Positions 37,926 to 50,720 of a DNA stretch of 64,000 bases are shown here, piece by piece. Position 1 is the stretch's first letter; each line of letters opens with the position of its first letter. The translations under genes were made by a program, and so were the position numbers. This DNA comes from Octopus sinensis (Eukaryota). The stretch spans positions 94,922,001-94,986,000 of the forward strand of contig NC_042997.1 in the NCBI RefSeq assembly GCF_006345805.1. The letters are read 5' to 3'. The notes below the pieces were generated by a model. The model was not told where the DNA came from. It made no database searches and was given only the letters and a program-made list of their open reading frames with translations.

Positions 37926-39500
37926 ATGTTTGTTTGTAATTACGTGTCTCTATGAGTGTGTACCTGTATATGTATGTATGCGTGTATCAGCCTCGGGAGT
38001 ATGAAGTCGGAAGGCTGTCAGGGGATGCGTCACTTTTTGTTTAATCTCTTCAAGTCATTTTGCGTTCAATTTATATTGAATCTATTCCCCCTCTTATGCA
38101 TTTGGAGCTGGCTCTCAATTGTCTTTACATTGCCTTTTAGTGATATTTTTACTTACAAACCTGGTACGTTGTAGTTGGTGAATTGGGCTTCCATCTTTGT
38201 GTAGAATGTGTCGAGTATCCAATAATTTCTTGATTTTGGTCTGCACAATCCTTCATTGGAAGTTAATGCTATATATCTATCGGAATTAATCAGCTGCTTC
38301 AGCTATTAACTATGGAATACGTTAATTCCAGATCCTATCAATTCGTTTGTGCATTTCACTGTGTTAATGAGTTCATTACCGAATATCATGCCTCATACTT
38401 GTCCTATTATTTAAAAACGTCCTTTCTATTACTGAACGGTTGTATATTTTTATGAATCTCCATCTGTGATGTTAAATGCTATAACATTATATGTTGTTAA
38501 TGCGTTAGCAGAAACTCTTCGTATTTCGGTCAATTACTTTACTTTCCCAGATGTGTCTTATTTTCCAGCATTTCCTGCTATGATTAGCTTTCGGTTCGTC
38601 GTGCATATTTATTTTAGTTGCCATTTCCTTTTTCACATTCACATTCATTAAGCTAGACATTGTCTTACTTTTATGTTTACCTAAAGTGACGCGTTTTCTC
38701 ATTGACTTGCAATGGGGATTTGTTCAAGATTTAACTTCATTGCAAACAGATCCATTTACGCTCACAACTATCAATTCCCCTGAATGGAATGTATCAACCA
38801 TTCTGTTGATATTCTGGCACAATATTATCATCATTATATTTTCTTGCAGGGTCGTACTAAAATTATTCATTTGTTAAGTCACTTATTTGATTAATCCAAG
38901 CGTGGATGTTTATATTGATCATTTTTATTAATTTTCTAATGTGTACTTACCTATATTCCGTATTATTCATTTTAGACACTCTGATATATTTTGACGTATA
39001 ATCTGTTTATTGTGGCTCTGCGGTATAGGTTGCAATTTTGGTGTCTCTGAGCATTTCGCCATGTGTTTCTACACGTTCTCCTAAACTATCCATTGCCTTT
39101 TATTGCATTTAATTATTCATGTTTCTCTCTGTTTTTGATTTTATGTAGTACACTGTTTGTGAGGAGTATTCTGTACTTATAATTGTATTCCTTTATCATC
39201 TCATATATGACTCATTTAAGCTGTGTGAATTTCTTGGCTATATAGCTTTTCCATGTTTGGTTCTGTTCCGATGATTTTATGATCTGTGATGATTCACTCA
39301 TCGTTTTTTTTTTAATAAATATTTTCAATATGAATCCTGTCTATGAGTTTGTCAGTTTTAATGTTCTGGGATCTTGCTATTGTTTATCATAAAACACTAT
39401 ACATTGATTAGTATGTTTTCACTGATTCTATATAATTTTTTTCTCCATAACATTAATGTCCCTTTCATAATACTTCCGTGATTTGAATACGGTGATGTTT
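35900..39500 (-). mobile_element. Ancient decayed L1-like ORF2 remnant, interrupted by a microsatellite at 37780-37990
   Basis: T-rich plus strand; minus-strand APE-like WRNAQRHQ...TINRLYV near 39000 and RT-like traces near 37300-36900. Confidence 0.4.
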
Positions 39501-39995
39501 GCAGTACGCATGCAATGCCCTACAATACGTTACTTTTTATTATATGTGCATCATACAATTTGAATTTCGATTTGTTTTCATATTATTTCGCGGACATTAA
39601 GAGATGGGCGTTTTTGTTCGAAGACAATCGTTTGAGAAGGGAGTGCAGCGGCGTTTCTAAAGACATAGAGAGTTCTTTTGGTGCAATAAGCGCTATAAAG
39701 GCTCTAAGTGACAGCCTTCATTGATTTTCTTTCTGATTGATTTATAATTAAACATAATGAATTTGTTCCCTACGTAGCGTAGATTTATTTAAAATCTTTC
39801 AGGTGGTTTTGATATTGTTATTAACAGGAACATGGATTGTCAGAAGCAGTGGGTCGTCGGACAATATGGTTAGCGATATTACTTCTGGATCCCTATCCAT
39901 TAAAAATGCTAAAATATTTTGTAGTTGTAACAGTGAACGTTTCCTTTTTTATTCGCCCTCGTATTCAGTTATATATTTCCAGATATTACATAGTC

Positions 39996-40369
39996 GTAGG
40001 AGTGGCTGTGTGGTAAGTAGCTTTCTTACCAACCACATGGTTCCGGGTTCAGTCCCACAGCGTGGCAACTTGGGCAAGTGTCTTCTTCTATAGCCTCGGG
40101 CCGACCAAAGCCCGTCGTATATATGTATCCATATATATATATGTACGTGTGCGTATATGATTGTGTTTCTGTGTTTGTTCCCCCAACATCGCTTGAAAAC
40201 CGATGCTGGTAGGTTTACGTCCCCATAACTTAGCGGTTCGGCAAAAGAGACCGATATTATAAGAACTAGGCTTACAAAGAATAAGCCCTTGGGTCGATTG
40301 GCTCGACTAAAGGCGGTGCTCCAGCATGGCCACAGTCAAATGACCGAAACAAGTAAAAGAGTAAAAGAA
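39996..40369 (+). mobile_element. Near-full-length tRNA-derived CORE-type SINE (octopus OR-like)
   Basis: A box agtggctgtgtggtaag, B box ggttcagtccc, CORE-like cgtggcaacttgggcaagtgtcttc, internal TA/TG repeat, (gtaaaaga)2 tail. Confidence 0.9.
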
Positions 40370-40399
40370 GTAGGCCTTTTAAAACACACAACATCATCC

Positions 40400-43300
40400 A
40401 TTTGGTTACTTTTTCGATTAGGAGGCATTTCTTTTCTGGGTTGTCCTTGTTAATCATTCAGTTTTCATTTTGAGTCCTATACTTCTCAGTAATGTTATAA
40501 TTTTTAATGTATTATTGATTATATCCTTCATGTTCTAACAGTTTCTTCACATATTGTCATTACATTTATTTTGTTTACAGTTTCTTTCGGCTTTCCATTC
40601 GTTTCATATTTTGTAATTTCAACCTGTTTCTTGTTTGTTGACTTCCTTCCCTGAAGACAAAAAAATAGTGTTTTGATTTTTTTCTACATTTGTAATTAAT
40701 TGTATGAGTCTTCATTTATTATTTACAAGATAGTTTGGAATTCTACATCTTCAGAAAACGCATTAATTCCTTGTATTTGTTGATACTTACTGATGTCATG
40801 TGTAATGAATCTGTCTATTACTGTTTCTATCCTACCCATGACTAATGTTTCCTGTTTCGATATGTAGGGAACATTATTAAAATCATCGGATAATTTATGA
40901 TTAGCATGCAAAAATCTTCCACTTTCTACATCTTCGCAAATGGCTTTATTGATTAACATTTAACTTTTCACGACAATGTTAGCATTTGCTACACTGGTAA
41001 TTGTTTATTTTGTTCTGATGTTTATTTGTTGTCTGTGATAATCCCCTATCTTCAAGTTAGACGTTTCTATAGTTTCGAAGGTTATATAGCAAGGCGGCGA
41101 GCTGGCAGAATCGTTAGCACGCCGGGCGAAATGCTTAGCGGTATTTCGTCTGTCGTTACGTTTCGAGTTCAAATTCCGCCGAGGTCGACTTTGCCTTTCA
41201 TCCTTTCCGGGTCGATAAATTAAGTACCAGTTACGCACTGGGGTCGATGTTATCGATTTAATCCGTTTGTCTGTCCTTGTTTGTTCCCTCTGTGTTTAGC
41301 CCCTTGTGGGTAGTAAAGAAAGATATATATAGCTTTCTCCTCAAATCAGGCAGTTAGTATTTTTGGAAACAGCTCTTCACATTATATGTGTTATTGTTAA
41401 ATATCTCAACCGAGAATGTAAGTTCTTATATTGTTTCTAATTTACATTTTCTAGCATATTAAGTGTACATATAGCCTGTCATGTTAATATAAGAGCTTTA
41501 GTTGTCGTTTTGAACAAACCCGTTTAGAGTGATTCTTCCATTGCCTATATCCTCTAAGGGATACTTATTCTTCTTGCTGTTGATATTGTGATGATTTCTT
41601 TTTTTATTTCAGCAAGTTCTTAATGATGTCATTTTATGTGAGAATCGGACTGATTAATGCAGCTTTTGAAATTCATTAATATTTTTCTACTTTGTGTTTT
41701 AGCTTTACTGGGGTCGCAAATTAAAAAAAAAAAATCCCACTTCGTTTGTCTACCTTGGTTTTAAATTTCCCTGTTTCAAGTTTCACTTTTAAATGTTATA
41801 AATTATGGAAGGTTCTCTATACATTCTTTCATTTTATGAATTTTTGTGCTCCATGTTATATGACTGTGTTTTGGATTTCTACATCGTTAGTTCTAAAGAA
41901 ATATCTATTTTCCTTTGTAAGTACTGTGAGTGTAGCATATATTCTTACTTTTAATCTGGTGATATTGATGGTACTGTCTGATATCATTACGCCTGTGTAG
42001 ATCACGTGTTCACTGATCGTTCTGTGGCTATAAAACTTCAAGTGTTATCCTTTGACATGTATTTTCATTCATTTCCTTGAATAACAGTTTTGTTTTTATT
42101 TTTAATATTTCATTGTCATTTTCCCGATTTTTCTCGTTCTAAGCTTCTATTCTCAAAGTTTTCTCCTGTTCGTTTTTACTCTAATTTTTGTTTGTGTGAT
42201 TTCACCTTCGATTTTCATAAGTTTCTATCTTGTACATACTATTTCATTTGCATTTGCTTTTTCGTAACAAGTGCTATATTCGTAATTTACGTTCTCAACA
42301 TCTTCATATTTGTTACTTTGTATTCGTTTCTAGTGGTTATATAAATATTCACAACTTTAAGCGGTCTGTTTTAATTTCTGTTATATTATATTCGCTTCGA
42401 GAATACGCTTTCTTAAATCAGCATTTATTACTTTACTTTAATGTTTCACTATCAATTACTAGAGGAGGGAAGTCCGCCTCTATATTGAAATTGTCTTTAT
42501 TTTCATTGGGTATCGGTTTATTTGTTTCTGGATTCTGATGTTGAGTTTTGTTCTTATTTTTCTTATACTTCGATGATGTTTCAAAACTCAAAATACGCAT
42601 TTTACTTTATACAATAAACTGGATGTTATATATTATTTTTGTTGTTTTTACATTATTTGTGGTAGTACGTAATTCAGCTAATATTCATATCAAACATCTC
42701 CGGGTATTTGCTTAGAAATGATATGAGATTTTCAGCTAATATGAACATATTAATACGTTAGTTATATGATGAAATGAACAATAAATTTTAGAAGTATTAT
42801 CGACAATACTTTCCATCAAAGTTTTAATAATTTCTTTCGATTAATTAAGTATCCAATATTTTGATGTTATAGACTGAAGATATTGTGTGTGTGCAGTAGG
42901 TTTGCGCTGTCTGTCAAGTCGCAAGAACCTCAGATAGACTGTACTTTACTCAGTGTGCGCGCAGTTCCAAGTTAAGCCGACTTTTGCAATACACAAAGAT
43001 AATAGAATTTTTTTGCAATACACAAAGATAATAGAATTTTTCTAATTCTTCAGATGTTTCTTCGGGTTGTGTGGTATTGAACCCACTGATCCGATGACAA
43101 CAGGAACAGCCTTTATATTTGACCATACTCCGCATGTCGCTGGAGGTGTCCTTAAAATATTAGCTGTATAAGTCCTTTGCCTATACATTCATGTAAATTA
43201 AGGTGGCATTTTATTTTTATATATCGTGTATATATATATTCCTACTATTTACCTATCATTTTTATTCTTATCGTTTTCAAACAATTTTTTGTTGAGTCAG

Positions 43301-43560
43301 TTTTTTTGTTGACTCATGTTGAGTCAGTTTTACTGTTTTCGATGATCCCTCGGTTATTAGGGGAAACGATATCTATGATCAGATACGCTATTTCGTCCTT
43401 GTCTGACAGAGTATAGAATATCGGCTTTCCGATGTAGGATACTATGGCCACATTGGAACAGGGTGTCAGAAATGATCTTACTGTGTCATTTTCTATCACT
43501 CCCATTGGCTCATGCTCCAAAAATGTTCTTGCTTTACATTCCAAAAATATACCCTTAATT
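40400..43560 (-). mobile_element. Decayed LINE-like remnants (ORF1- and APE-like), interrupted by a SINE
   Basis: Persistent T-rich plus strand; weak APE-start-like STINITRL near 41970; no firm family call. Confidence 0.3.
41093..41325 (+). mobile_element. Full-length tRNA-derived SINE (Meta-domain-like family)
   Basis: Head ggcggcgagctggcagaatcgttagc, B box gagttcaaattcc, central gcctttcatcctttccgggtcgataaattaagtaccag; candidate TSD tatatagc at 41083-41090 and 41326-41333. Confidence 0.92.
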
Positions 43561-43889
43561 ATTACAATTGTTTTAACTCAAATTTTGTTGGAACTATGTG
43601 AATCTTGCACAAGTGGCGGGCTGGCAAGCTTCAGCCTACGGTACCATGCCATCTCTTTTCTTCAACTATCAAATACTTTCTTGCTGACTCTGGCCATGCT
43701 AATTAAGCACACTTAGTGCAACATATCTACTGGACCATCAGTTCTATTTTCTTTATATCTCTCTAAACACACTCTGATCATTGACACTATCTCCATCTTT
43801 TTCTCTTTCCATAGCTGAGGTGTCACATATGTAAGAGGACTGAGTCTATTTATTTGCCTCTTCTTAGTTATCCGTATATTTTATATTGT

Positions 43890-44590
43890 TTCTCAGAATT
43901 CTCGATCTTACTTGCTCTGGTTAATTCTGTGAGAACAGGCAGCAACCAGTTGTCAACGATCTCACCGACTCTCTCAGGGTCTCCTTCTACGAAGTATAAG
44001 ACCTGGAACCTACTTGCTAAGTGTGTTGGAAGATACTTAACACAGAATTACTAATCTCAAGATACTTAACACAGAAGTACTAATCTCTATTGCTGTCCCT
44101 AATAGAGAAGGTTTTGAGCATGCTCTAGTCCCATCTTAATTTCGATGTTTCCGACATTCTTCCCGAAACTAGATGTTAGTGCTCCGAGTACCGCTACAAC
44201 TACTGAGATGACAGTTACTCTTTTCATTACCAACATTTTTGCAATTTTGCCTTTTAGTAACTTGTATTTCCCCACATTTTCCAGCTCTTGTCAACCACAC
44301 GTGCGTTCCCAGGTATGGTAATATTTATAATCTTAGTTTCCTTTTACTTATATCTACTACAGCAATGTCTCGCCTTCTACTAAAAAGCCACATGGAATAG
44401 TAAAACCCTACAAGATTGTTCTCAGAGACACTTTCTTGTTCATATTTATATATGTTTGTACCATATATGTGTCTTTCCAAGACAGTAATTCTCACACAAA
44501 CTCCGGTGAACAAACTTAGCCACGTTATCGTACCTCCTCCTGTATTTATTTTGAACCAGTGTGGTGCACTGGAAGAGACAGTATTTTATC
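43890..44590 (-). mobile_element. R4/Dong-like LINE 3' fragment, subfamily B
   Basis: CLFQCTTLVQNKYRRRYDNVAKFVHRSLC..WYKH, then KYKLLKGKIAKML.MKRVTVISVVVAVLGA; degenerate. Confidence 0.8.
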
Positions 44591-44719
44591 CTTGCAAACG
44601 AGCGCGGAAACACGACAGCAAACCAGCCGGCCAACAACGCCTGCATGCAACGACGAACCGCGAGCAAAATGCGATGTCGCCGAGGTCGGTTGCTAGTGTG
44701 GTGAACGCAAATGCTACTG

Positions 44720-44801
44720 TCTTCTTCTTCTTCTTCTTCGTCTTCTTCTTCTTCTTCTTCTTCTTCTTCTTCTTCTTCTTCTTCTTCTTCTTCTTCTTCT
44801 T

Positions 44802-44832
<31 letters not shown>

Positions 44833-44890
44833 TTATTATTGTTATTATTATTATCATTATTGTTATTGTTGTTGTTGTTGTTGTCGTTAC
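44720..44890. repeat. (CTT)n(TTA)n(TTG)n array
   Basis: Directly visible. Confidence 0.95.
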
Positions 44891-44894
44891 GCTA

Positions 44895-45530
44895 ATGAAG
44901 GGGTAACAACAACATGTAGAGGTTATTTTATCTTCAGTTTAGGTGACAACAAATCTCCATAAATCCCAAGAATTTTTTTAGAATTCTTGCCGAATATAGG
45001 ATGGTAGTTTCTGAAGTTCAGCAATGCGGGATACAATTCCGATTTATTTCGGTCCTTTATGAAACATCTTGTGTGCTGTTTCAAGTACACCTACTACTAC
45101 AGGAAAATCGTAGTCTTTGTCTTACCCAGTCTCTTCAGCTCCCTGGTTAACCCCTAGAGTTTCTCAGTTTTTATTTTGTTTGTCTTTTTGAACTCACATA
45201 CTAGACTACATCCCAATGCACTCCTTTGCCTATACATTCATGTCTGCGTTTGCATTCCTTCTGTGCTAGTATACTGCACTCATTCAAAATGTGATTGATA
45301 CTTGTCTCCTTTCTTGTAGATTCCATATTTGCAGTCTGACTGAGTTTTATTGATCTTTGCCTTCATCGGATTTTTTATTAGAGCTTCTTCTTGAGGAGAT
45401 ATAATTAACGCTTCCGTCTCTTATTTCAAGTTCCCGTCTTACTGTCAACCAAATGTAGCAGGTTTCGCTTTCAACATTTTCGATTTGTTGCAAGAATTGG
45501 TCATGCAGTTCCAGTTCTTTCCATTTGTTA
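44895..45530 (-). mobile_element. R4/Dong-like LINE 3' fragment, subfamily C, internally deleted
   Basis: WKELELHDQFLQQI...ETSINHILNECSILAQKECKRRHECIGKGVHWD joined directly to LTRELKRLGKTKTTIFPVVVGVL. Confidence 0.8.
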
Positions 45531-45674
45531 ATTTTGTTGCTCTTCTTCTCCTTCTTCTTCTCCTCCACCTCTTCCTCCTCTTTCTTCTTCTTCTCATTTT
45601 CATTGTTATTATTATTATTATTATTATTGTTGTTGTTCTTTTTGTTGTTATTGTTGTTGTTGTTGTTGTTGTTG

Positions 45675-45724
<50 letters not shown>

Positions 45725-45817
45725 TAGTTTTATTATATAGCGTGCTTTCACTTCACTACCGAGCACAGCTCTGTGTGCCTTGGGTATGTGCTGTGATTTG
45801 TTGTGATGCTCTGATGG

Positions 45818-46579
45818 TTATTGTATGGAAAGTGTTCTGCGTAGGGTGTGTGCAGTGCCTAGTAGTGCAATTTTCTGTATGTTATATGTGTTTGTAAGTC
45901 CTGGTGTTTTTGTTATGTATTTGTCTGAATATTTTTTTATCATGCCTAATGCACCTACTATGATAGGAATTGTTTCTGTTTTCAGATTCCACATTCTAGT
46001 TACCTCTATTTCCAGGTCTTTGTATTTTGAGAGTTTCTCCATTTCTTTTAGAGACACGTTGTCATCAGCCGGTATTGATACATCAATTAGAAAGCATTTT
46101 TTTTCTTCATGATCTCTGACAACTATATCTGGTCTGTTGGCCTTAATTTCTCTATCTGTGTGTATCGGCATATCCAAGAGTATGGTTGCTTTCTCGTTTT
46201 CTGTGACCTTTTCTGGTGTGTGCCTATACCATCTTTTTTCTGTTGTTATTCCATAATGTTGGCATAGCTTCCAATGTATGTAGGTTCCAACTCTGTCATG
46301 TCTGTGAATATATTCCTTCTTAGCCAGGACTGGGCAGCTAGAGATAATATGATTTATTGTTTCTTGTCCATCTCCACATATTCTGCAGTTACTTGTAATA
46401 TTTCTTTTCATTACATGTTTTTGGTAATTTCTGGTGGGGAGGCTTTGGTCTTGTGCTGCAATTAAAAATCCCTCTGTTTCTGCTTTGAATCCTGAGCTTC
46501 TCAACCATTGCTGGGATTTTTCTTTGTCTATTTCTTTTGCGTTTTGTTTAGTCCAGTATGAAGGGGCTTTTCTTGCCAT
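45818..46579 (-). pseudogene. Zinc knuckle and restriction-like endonuclease portion of the Dong/R4 ORF
   Basis: CRICGDGQETINHIISSC, RHDRV, RPDIV...LIDVSIP...KLSKYKDL. Confidence 0.95.
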
Positions 46580-46849
46580 CGTTTTATCATGGTTCGTTGC
46601 TGTTCTATTTTTAGTTTGGATTTCATTTGTTTTATAGCTTTTGTTGTTTCTTCATCTTCTTCTTCTTCATGTTTATTAGGTGGTATGATTTCTTGTTTGT
46701 ATTTGTCAGCTTCCTTAAATACTGAGAACAGTTTTTTGTTTTGCTCGTGTTTTGCAGCTATCTGGATCAGTTTTCCTTCCTTCTGAAGTAGGTATTTTTG
46801 CAGTCCTATGGTGGTTATTTTATAGTAGTTTTCCAGCTGTATAAGGCCT

Positions 46850-48034
46850 CTACCACCTTCTATACGTTGTATATATAAGTCTTTCTATGTCAGATTTTGG
46901 GTGATGCATCCTAGATCCTGTCATTATTTTTCTCGTTTTCCTATCTATTTTGGTCAGTTCATTTCGTGTCCAGTTAAGGATATTGTAGCTGTAACTTATA
47001 ACTGGGACAGCTAAAGTGTTGATACCTATTATCTTGTTTTTAGCATTGAGCTCTGTGTTTAGTATTGATCTAACTCGTCTATAATATTCTTTTTTTATTT
47101 TCTCTTTCATTTGTGTGTGTTGTGTCTTATCTAGTTCATGGATTCCTAAGTATTTGTAAGTTTGGCTTTGGTCTAATTCTTTTATTTCATTGGTTTTATC
47201 TAGTGTGATGTTGTAACTCTTAACTAGTTTTCCTCTTTTCAGGGTTACTTTGGCGCATTTTTCTAATCCAAATTTCATATCTATTTCTTTGGTAAATCCA
47301 TGAACTGTCTTTAATAGTGTTTCCAGCTGTTTGTCATTTGCAGCGTATAGTTTTAGGTCATCCATATATAAAAGGTGGCTGATCGTTTTGCCGTAACATT
47401 TATATCCGCATCCAGTTCTATTTAGCATATCAGATAGAGGTGACAATGCCAAGCAGAAAAGGAGTGGAGAGAGCGTGTCTCCCTGGAATATTCCTCTTCT
47501 AATGGGGATGTCTTTGGTTTTCATGAGTCCCTCTTTTGTTTGGAGGTGTAGGACTGTTTGCCATTTATTCATAGAGTGCTCTATGAATTTTATGATTGTT
47601 GGTGCTACTTTGTTAATGGCTAGTGTTTCGAGGATCCATGTGTGGGGGATGCTATCAAACGCCTTTTTGTAGTCAATCCAGGCCATACTGAGGCCTTTCT
47701 TCTTTCTGTGGCTGTCTTCAGTTATGGCTTTATTAATCATTAGTTGATCTTTACAGCCATATGAGCCTTTGCGGCATCCTTTCTGCTCTTCTGGGAACAG
47801 TTTGTTTTCGTCCAGCTGCTTGTTCAGCCTTTGTGATATCACTACAGTAAATGCCTTGAACATAGTAGGGAGGCAGGTTATTGGTCTGTAGTTTTCTGGT
47901 TTTTCTGTTTCATTTGATTTGGGAATTAAGATGGTTTTCCCCTTCGTGAGCCATTCAGGCATTGTCTCTGGCTCTGCTAGTACGTTGTTAAAGTTTTCAG
48001 CCAGCTTTTTGTGCATTCCTGTTAGATATTTCAT
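46850..48034 (-). pseudogene. Reverse transcriptase portion of the Dong/R4 ORF (394 aa)
   Basis: NYRPITCLPTMFK, EEQKG, DYKKAFDSIPH, QGDTLSPLLF, HLLYMDDLKLY, YKYLGI; +1 frameshift at about 46877. Confidence 0.95.
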
Positions 48035-48038
48035 TAGA

Positions 48039-48070
<32 letters not shown>

Positions 48071-49244
48071 GTTTATAGTTTTCATCAGCAAAGACAGTAG
48101 TAGTAGTTGTCGTTTTAATCACCTCGGGACGTACGATTTCAATTTTTTTCCCTTTTATTGTTGAAAACCTATGGAAACCGAACCTTTAGCTAACAAATCG
48201 GGGAATCTGATATATTTCTCTCTCCATTTAGCCACTTTTATATGTGCAAATGAATCTCTACAACTGTAAGACCTTTTGAAATATCGCAGTTTTTTTTTTC
48301 TTTCTAGAAGTGACTATATTTTTAAGCAGTTTATCAATTTGAAATAATTCTACAGCTTTCAATCTGTATGAAGTTTTTGAAATAAATGTCGTTGCTGCAC
48401 TCCCAAATTGCAATGTTTCTCTCGCTGTTGGTATTGCATTAATTTCAATCTATTTGTCTTCGAATTCTTCTAAACATTGTTTTAGACTGTTCTCGAATGT
48501 TTGTTTTTCCTACGATTAGAAGATATTTATGATCAAAATTCTTTAGCTATTTTCTTAAAGCATTCTTTTTACTGTTTCCTTGTTATGATGTATTTTACAA
48601 AATTTTACTAGAATTTATTTCTCTTTCTAGATTCTATTTTCCGTTTTTGATTTCAATGTCTGAGAGGAAATTTTAAAAAACTTTTATATTTCTCTCAATA
48701 TATTTATTTTCAACGTCTGTCTTTTGATTTTTAAGATTTTGTGGATAAGTATTTTAGTTTTGAAGAAGTGCCTACGTCCATTTGTGCTTCTTCGGGATGT
48801 ATTTAAAACTATATGGGTTCTTTGGAACAAATCTTTATAAAGTCTGTTTTCAATACATTTTTCATACAGTGATCTAGATTTAATATTGTTTCTGTTTATT
48901 TTTTTTATCTTTGAGTGAATCTAATATTGGTCAATGAGTTTTATATTTTAAACGTCTCTTTTTAAAATGTTTTATTATTAATATATCCATTGCGTTGATT
49001 TCGTTCATATTTTGTCTGTTTCTGCTGTTGTCGGGCATCGTTTTATCTTTTATGCTTTGATTTTACATTCATTTGCTATATAACTTGCTTATTTACCTTT
49101 TCTAAATTTATCCACGTGATTTGCCTTCTTACTATTTATGGTCTTAATGTTTTAATTTAATTTTGCCCACTTTTTTCTTTGTACCTTCTCTTTTTTAATT
49201 ATATTTTTTGTTGAATATCACATCAGTTTTAAGAAAGTATATTT

Positions 49245-49522
49245 ATTTCTTTATGCCCACAAGGTGCTAAACATAGAGGAGACAAATAAAGGGATTAGGT
49301 CGATTAGATCGACCCCAGTGACTAACTTGTACTTATCTAATCGACCCTGAAATGCAAAGTCGACCTCGGTGGAATTTGAACTCAGAACATAATGACAGAC
49401 GAAATACCTATTTCTTTACTACCTACATGGGGCTAAATTTGAACTCAGAACGTAACGGCAGACTAAATACGGCTACACATTTCGCCCGGCGTGCTAACCT
49501 TTCTGCCAGCTTGCCGCCCTTT
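49245..49522 (-). mobile_element. Tandem dimer of Meta-like SINE pieces
   Basis: A 3'-half copy (49245-49410) abuts a second copy whose tail joins directly to its head with the central domain missing. Confidence 0.8.
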
Positions 49523-50321
49523 AGAGAAAGTATATTTTAAACCTAACTAGGTTAATGGAAACTAAAGTCACGTTTTACGATTTTATCTTTTTTTTTCCTT
49601 TCCAGTTAGGTTGTGCTCACATTTTAATAGCCTCATTTTTATGTAGTATTTATTCGTGAACCTTAAATGTTGTGGATATATGTCATACTTGTCTTTTTTT
49701 CTTAGGTTTTCTACATTTTATGAGAATTTGAATTGTAAAATTAGCCATCTTTAGATTTCAAATAATTTTATCGATTATCAGTATGCATTATTTTGCGCAG
49801 AAGGGTTTCATATTTTTTTCTCTGAAATTTGAAGTATGCTTTTCATTGTCAAGTGTTTTGAGCTATACCATTTTCGTAATTATGTCTGTTTTTTGCTTGA
49901 AGTATGTAGAACAGTTTGTGCGGAGATTTTCAACGCATTACTTATTAAAATAATAATATCCAAATAGTGAGTTAAGGGCTTACTTGCACAAGTAACTGTA
50001 CATATTTCGGTTATCTTTTTTTTTTCATTTTTATCAATACTTCCTATAAAATGTTCGTAGCCTTATACTGAAGCGTAGATATCAATAGCTTCTATCAAAA
50101 TTTTGTTGGTATTTCCCAATGCTGTCATAATATGAAGGGGAGGAAAACTATATTCTGTCAGGCGGGCATAAACTTCAGTTTTAGGTAAAAGTAAGCAGCA
50201 TCAGGGAGAAGGTTATTCAGAAGTATAACATTATCGTTATAACCTGACAGAACAGTCTTGTTCGCAAAATTATTCTAGGATGAACACCCTCTCTTTATTT
50301 GAGGCATTACTCTCTCTTTGC

Positions 50322-50720
50322 TATTTTACTCTTTTACTTGTTTCAATCATTTGACTGTGGCCATGCTAGAGCACCGCCTTTAGTCGAAGAAATCGACCCC
50401 TAAGACTTATTCTTTATAAGCCTAGTACTTATTCTATCGGTCTCTTTTGCCGGGGACGTAAACACAACTGCATCGCTTGTCAAACGATGTTGGGGGACAA
50501 ACACAGATACACAAACACACACACACACACACATGTATATATATATGTATATATATACGACGGGCTTCTTTCAGCTTCCATCTACCAAATCCACTCACAA
50601 GTCTTTGGTCGGCCCGAGTCAATACTAGAAGACACTTGCCCAAGGTGCCACGCAGTGAGACTGAATCCAGAACCATGTGGTTGATAAGCAAGCTACTTAC
50701 CACACAGCCACTCCTTCGCC
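50322..50720 (-). mobile_element. Full-length CORE-type SINE
   Basis: Reverse-complement match to 39996-40369, including the segment that copy lacks. Confidence 0.92.

Larger units (their letters stand above)
45722..48034 (-). mobile_element. 5'-truncated young R4/Dong-like non-LTR retrotransposon (subfamily A) in a (TAA)n tract
   Basis: RT, CCHC and RLE domains plus about 95-bp 3' UTR; (TAA)n on both sides (45690-45722, 48040-48069). Confidence 0.95.

Noticed and set aside
41093-41190. tRNA gene
   Set aside because: tRNA-derived SINE head; no full cloverleaf, and it continues into the SINE body
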